From positions 62,001-126,000 of the forward strand of contig CAZXWN010000005.1 of assembly GCA_964644695.1 (NCBI GenBank): a stretch of 64,000 nucleotides of DNA, in the 5' to 3' direction. The notes under the pieces are model-generated. The model saw only the letters and a list, made by a program, of their open reading frames with translations, ran no database searches and had not been told where the DNA came from. The translations under genes and the position numbers were made by a program. The stretch is from an uncultured bacterium. Lineage in GTDB: Bacteria > UBP4 > UBA4092. Below, piece after piece: positions 59,953-64,000 of the stretch (positions are counted from its first letter, which is position 1; the number at the start of each line of letters is the position of its first letter).

Positions 59953-60615
59953 TTATTCATTTTCCTGACTAAGAAAATCTCTGAGTATAGAGGGATTAAT
60001 AACCTTAATCGAGGAGGAATCTGGATCCAGCGCTCCAATATCCTTTAATTTGCGTAATACACGGGACAATGTTTCTGGTGTCAGATTCAAAAGAGCTGCA
60101 ATTTGGCGATGTTTCAGAGAAGAGAAAATATCGGGATCGTCCAGAAGGACAGAGACGATACGCGTCGAAGCATCCATTAACAAACCGCGATTAAGAATGT
60201 TTTCCAGATGTTTAATCTTTGTTGTAAGAGAGGCCAACATCCGGATAGATACATCTGGCAGGGTCAGTATTTTTTCTTTGAATAAGGGATAGTCAATCAA
60301 CAACATAATTCCCTCTGTTTCAAACACACAGGAGGCAGGAAAAGGCTTATCCGTTAAATTGGCATATTCACCCACCAAATTTATGGGTTTGAAATAATGA
60401 AGGACCACTTCTTTTCCTGTCGCATCGGACATAAATACTTTTACAGTCCCCTTGATGAGTACATACAAACTACGAGGGATATCCCCAAAATGAAAGGCAA
60501 ATTCTCCCGGCTGGTACTTACGAACATGACTGATAGACTGAAGCAATTCTATCTGCTGTGGCGTCAATTCTGAAAAAAGAGCCACCTGATTCAAATTAAA
60601 AGATTGAGAATTCAT
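59953..60615 (-). CDS. Crp/Fnr family regulator (HcpR/NssR-like)
   Basis: cNMP-binding fold (G.VKV...GKE, GE) and HTH IAALLNLTPETLSRVL; no FNR Cys cluster; adjacent to hcp. Confidence 0.9.
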   Translation of the reverse strand: MNSQSFNLNQVALFSELTPQQIELLQSISHVRKYQPGEFAFHFGDIPRSLYVLIKGTVKVFMSDATGKEVVLHYFKPINLVGEYANLTDKPFPASCVFETEGIMLLIDYPLFKEKILTLPDVSIRMLASLTTKIKHLENILNRGLLMDASTRIVSVLLDDPDIFSSLKHRQIAALLNLTPETLSRVLRKLKDIGALDPDSSSIKVINPSILRDFLSQENE

Positions 60616-60722
60616 ACGACTCCATCAGTATCATTATCTGGGAATATCTATTTCCTTATTATATTTTGATTTGCTAGACTAATCCATTAGTAGTTTTTAT
60701 TTATTGTATTGGATTAACCAAG

Positions 60723-61730
60723 ATGTCGAAGAAGCATATTCGTTCGTTAACAGGTATTTTATTCAGTGCGTTTTTCCTCTGGTTGGCACTGAGAGGAATT
60801 CAATGGCAGGATGCTGTCAATGCATTTAAACAAACACGCTATCTTTATATTATTCCGGCGTTGGTGGTTTATTTTCTTGCATTATGGGTGAGAGCTTATC
60901 GCTGGACTTTTTTGATGCCAGAGAATGTTTCCATAAAGACAAAAGAAGCCTTTCCATTATTCATCATTGGATGTTTTGCTAATAATGTCCTGCCTCTGAG
61001 ATTAGGTGATTTGTATCGTGCTTACCTGTTAGGGCGGAAAAAGAATATCAGTGTCAGTGCTTCTTTTGCCTGTATCTTTACAGATAAAGTATTTGATGCT
61101 CTTGCTGTTCTAACTTTCCTTGGAATGGCAGCACTATTATTAGCAGGGAAACTTCCTCCCTGGGAGAAGGTTCTTCTTCAAGCATCTGCTGTGGTGCTCT
61201 TGTCAGGTGTTATTGGATTGTGGTTAGTCCTTTGGTTTCGCCGTTTAACAGACAAATTAATCAACTATTTCATTCCAATCATTCCCAAAAAAATCCAACC
61301 CAGAGTCCAACATATTATTCAGAAATTCCTCGATGGATTAGAACCATTAAAAAATCATCGTTTAGTAGTAAGTGCATTTATTTTTTCTCTTATTTCCTGG
61401 TCTATTGAGGCAGTCACTTATTACATTCTGGCTCTTGCCATGGGATTGAATCCTCCCCTTTACGCCACCCCCATTATTCTGGCTGTCGTCAACTTGGCCA
61501 TGATGATTCCCACTTCGGCAGGCGGTATAGGGACATTTGAATATTTCAGTATAAAAACAACAATGGCATCTATTCCAGGAACAGCAAAGGGTCTTGCTGC
61601 CAGTTATACAATCCTTACTCATTTATCATGGTTTATTCCAATAACAGTTCTCGGTTTATACTATTATTTACATCAAAACATTTCTTTCAAAGATTTGGAA
61701 TCTTCAGCGAATCCCGAAAAAGGAAACTAA
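60723..61730 (+). CDS. Lysylphosphatidylglycerol synthase TM-domain (UPF0104) protein
   Basis: RAYRW, NNVLPLRLGD..R, DKVFD, P.SAGGIGTFE. Confidence 0.88.
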   Translation: MSKKHIRSLTGILFSAFFLWLALRGIQWQDAVNAFKQTRYLYIIPALVVYFLALWVRAYRWTFLMPENVSIKTKEAFPLFIIGCFANNVLPLRLGDLYRAYLLGRKKNISVSASFACIFTDKVFDALAVLTFLGMAALLLAGKLPPWEKVLLQASAVVLLSGVIGLWLVLWFRRLTDKLINYFIPIIPKKIQPRVQHIIQKFLDGLEPLKNHRLVVSAFIFSLISWSIEAVTYYILALAMGLNPPLYATPIILAVVNLAMMIPTSAGGIGTFEYFSIKTTMASIPGTAKGLAASYTILTHLSWFIPITVLGLYYYLHQNISFKDLESSANPEKGN

Positions 61731-61734
61731 TACC

Positions 61735-62364
61735 ATGTCTATTCGTATCATTGAACATCCCCTGCTCCAGGATAAGTTAGCCAGGATGCGGGATAAGGAA
61801 ACCCTTCCAATTATCTTCCGTGCGCTTGTTGCAGAGGTCGCCATGTTACTTGCCTATGAAGCAACCAGAGACTTAGTCACAGCTGATGCTAATGTCGTAA
61901 CCCCCACCGGGGAAACGGCTCTCTGTCATGTATTAAAGGGCAAAGGAGCTTGTATTGTACCTATTCTCCGAGCTGGTTTAGGAATGGTGGAAGGAATCGA
62001 ACAGTTAATGCCAAACGCTGTTGTAGGTCATCTGGGTATATTTCGTGATCATGACACACTAAGACCCGTAGTTTACTATCAAAAACTTCCTGTGGATATA
62101 AATGAACGTGATGTCATTATAGTGGATCCCATGTTTGCTACCGGAGGGTCATTGATTGCTGCGTGTGATATGTTGAAAAAATTAAAACCACATTCACTGA
62201 GGGCAATGTGTATATTAGCAGCGCCTGAGGGAATGAAATCCTTTGAAGAAGCGCATCCTGATGTTAATGTCTACTGTGCAGCAGTAGACCGTTGTCTGAA
62301 TGATAAGGGATATATCCTCCCAGGTCTGGGAGATGCAGGCGACCGGCTATTTGGTACTAAATAA
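61735..62364 (+). CDS. upp: Uracil phosphoribosyltransferase
   Basis: VPILRAGLGM, VDPMFATGGS, YILPGLGDAGDRLFGTK. Confidence 0.97.
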   Translation: MSIRIIEHPLLQDKLARMRDKETLPIIFRALVAEVAMLLAYEATRDLVTADANVVTPTGETALCHVLKGKGACIVPILRAGLGMVEGIEQLMPNAVVGHLGIFRDHDTLRPVVYYQKLPVDINERDVIIVDPMFATGGSLIAACDMLKKLKPHSLRAMCILAAPEGMKSFEEAHPDVNVYCAAVDRCLNDKGYILPGLGDAGDRLFGTK

Positions 62365-62382
62365 CATATACTTTACTCAGAT

Positions 62383-62416
62383 AAAAAAAAGCCCGGAACA
62401 ATGTTCCGGGCTTTTT
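62383..62416. terminator. Bidirectional terminator
   Basis: AAAAGCCCGGAAC/GTTCCGGGCTTTT stem between convergent upp and zapA. Confidence 0.85.
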
Positions 62417-62432
62417 CCTTAAAATCGTGCTT

Positions 62433-62939
62433 TTATTTTTCCTCAGGATCGTTACCTAAATCCTGCAATTCCTTATCTAACAGGGCATCTAACGCTTCGA
62501 ACTTGGAAAGATCAAATGTAGGACCGGAGAAACTATCCGGCAAAACAGGTGGCGGTTCATCTGACTTTTCCTCTTGAGACATTGCATTTTCTTCAGGTAC
62601 TGTTTCCTCAGCTGGGACATCAGGGATTTTATAAACGGGCACATCGGGTTGATACTTACGCTGATAAGTATCCACTCCCGGATTAAACAGGTTTTGTTGC
62701 CCCGCTTTAGCCTGCTCCAATTTATCGCGGGTTTCAAATAATTCATCCGTAATTAAAAGAGCAGATCGAATAGCAATCCGTAAAGTATCCGCTGAATGAC
62801 TAGCCCGGGCCACCTGGTTCATCTTCTGATCCAAATGTGCTGCAATAGCTTTGGCCCGATCGGCATGGGCCGGATCAACCCGCAGAGTGTAATCCCATCC
62901 ATAGATACGAACGGTTACATTTATCAGGTCAATGGCCAT
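62433..62939 (-). CDS. zapA: Cell division protein ZapA with acidic C-terminal extension
   Basis: VRIYG.DY.L...A..LD.KM...LRIAI..AL.I.DEL; pheT-zapB-zapA order. Confidence 0.85.
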   Translation of the reverse strand: MAIDLINVTVRIYGWDYTLRVDPAHADRAKAIAAHLDQKMNQVARASHSADTLRIAIRSALLITDELFETRDKLEQAKAGQQNLFNPGVDTYQRKYQPDVPVYKIPDVPAEETVPEENAMSQEEKSDEPPPVLPDSFSGPTFDLSKFEALDALLDKELQDLGNDPEEK

Positions 62940-62970
62940 GTCTTTCAGTCCTCCCGAGGTGTTAAAGTGT

Positions 62971-63276
62971 TTATATCAGACGGTCAGAATCGTCCGATAA
63001 TCCAATCTGATTTTCATCGCCAGCAGCGGAGAAGTCAAATGACTCCAGCCGAGTAATCAATGCGTCTATACGTTCCCGGACTTCTTCCCTCTCCATAGTT
63101 AACAGTTCATTTTCTTCCTGGAGTTTGGATAAGACCTCATCATTCTCTTTTACTTTAGATTCCAGAGACTGATTTTCTTTAGACAATCGGGTATTATCAT
63201 CTTTTAACCGTTTAGCTGCTTCAAGTACTTTACCAACTTTTTCTTCTAATAAAACAAATTTCTCTTGTGCTTCCAT
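62971..63276 (-). CDS. zapB: ZapB-like coiled-coil protein
   Basis: LEEKV..L..L..EN..L...ER.EVR.RID.L coiled coil between pheT and zapA. Confidence 0.65.
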   Translation of the reverse strand: MEAQEKFVLLEEKVGKVLEAAKRLKDDNTRLSKENQSLESKVKENDEVLSKLQEENELLTMEREEVRERIDALITRLESFDFSAAGDENQIGLSDDSDRLI

Positions 63277-63316
63277 GACAACTCCTCAATTCATACCTAT
63301 CAAGAATAAATCAGGC

Positions 63317-64000
63317 TTACGCCTTACGCAAGACAGCTTTGTAATTTTCTTCTAAATCTTTCACAATTCTCTGATGCACCGTCTCCACTTCCGAATCCTG
63401 CAAAGTTCTATCAGAATGCCGATAAGTTATACGGAAGGATACAGATCGGGTCCCTTCAGGAAGGCGATTCCCCATGTACAGGTCAAACAGCTCAACAGAT
63501 TCTGCCAATTCAGTAGCCTGTTTCCAAATAGCATCTTTAATCTGTTCAGCGGAAAGTTCAACAGGAACTAATAATGAGATATCTCTTGTCACTGCGGGGA
63601 ATTTTGGTAATCCACGATAAGCATAGGTGGTGGATGGCAAACTCGCCATTGCTTCAGACACTAACTCAAAATAAAAGACATCTTTGTCCACACCTAACTT
63701 GGCGGCCAGTTTTGGACAAACCTGACCAATAGTACCAACAATGCTACCCTTACTCATAATCTGTGCAGCAACACCCTGCTTGTAATAAAATACATCTGCG
63801 GGTTTAAACTCAGGAGCAGGAAGTTCAAATCGTTTAAAGAGATAACTCACAAGACCTTTAATGGTATAGAAATCCATCGTCAGTCCTTTTTCTTCCCAAA
63901 CAGCACCCACATTCTTACCTGATGCTATAACAGCCAAGACAGTCTCCTCACAAAAGCCATCTTTTCCAGACTTCCGCATTACCCGTCCCATCTCAAAGAA
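63317..64000 (-). CDS. pheT: Phenylalanine-tRNA ligase beta subunit, C-terminal part (truncated by window edge)
   Basis: DFYTIKG, GQV.P, KFPAVTRDIS, ELFDLY.G, RTL.D.EV (FDX-ACB domain). Confidence 0.93.
   Translation of the reverse strand, partial: FFEMGRVMRKSGKDGFCEETVLAVIASGKNVGAVWEEKGLTMDFYTIKGLVSYLFKRFELPAPEFKPADVFYYKQGVAAQIMSKGSIVGTIGQVCPKLAAKLGVDKDVFYFELVSEAMASLPSTTYAYRGLPKFPAVTRDISLLVPVELSAEQIKDAIWKQATELAESVELFDLYMGNRLPEGTRSVSFRITYRHSDRTLQDSEVETVHQRIVKDLEENYKAVLRKA

Noticed and set aside
1-64000. CRISPR arrays, integrases, transposases, prophage genes, rRNA, recoded stop codons
   Set aside because: None recognised by eye. Conserved genes end at expected lengths with TAA/TAG/TGA, consistent with the standard bacterial code.

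Overview
This is a 64-kb window of bacterial chromosome with the standard genetic code. It is probably a diderm (LptF/G permease, lipoproteins) and possibly an anaerobe (hcp, ahbAB); the phylum cannot be assigned from sequence alone. Most of it is core housekeeping: csp, comEC, pilB-like/pilT, an AAA+/VWA pair, trxB, yqxD-dnaG-rpoD-tRNA(CAT), folD, rpmH-rnpA-yidD-yidC-jag, holB-ricT, rpsB-tsf-pyrH-frr-uppS-cdsA, polX, glnD, mntP, argB, hcp with a Crp/Fnr regulator, upp, and pheT(partial)-zapB-zapA. An accessory-looking stretch follows the tRNA (about 20.3-32.7 kb). It holds an ADP-ribosylglycohydrolase, a TPP-riboswitch thiSGHFE operon, IclR plus an ~800-aa enzyme with three QueG/reductive-dehalogenase-like modules, a membrane protein, a pseudo-HExxH protein and an HNH nuclease. 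The most interesting observations are: (1) a candidate sigma54-driven ~55-nt sRNA with a C-rich loop and tandem upstream palindromes; (2) the triple-module cobalamin/Fe-S enzyme; (3) a PilB-like protein with an MshEN domain but degenerate ATPase motifs, next to pilT; (4) a 46-bp REP-like palindrome present twice, 41 kb apart; (5) a degenerate direct repeat bracketing the ADP-ribosylhydrolase gene; (6) a sigma54-driven orphan secreted protein. I saw no CRISPR array, integrase, transposase or rRNA. All family assignments come from recognising motifs by eye; no database searches were run.
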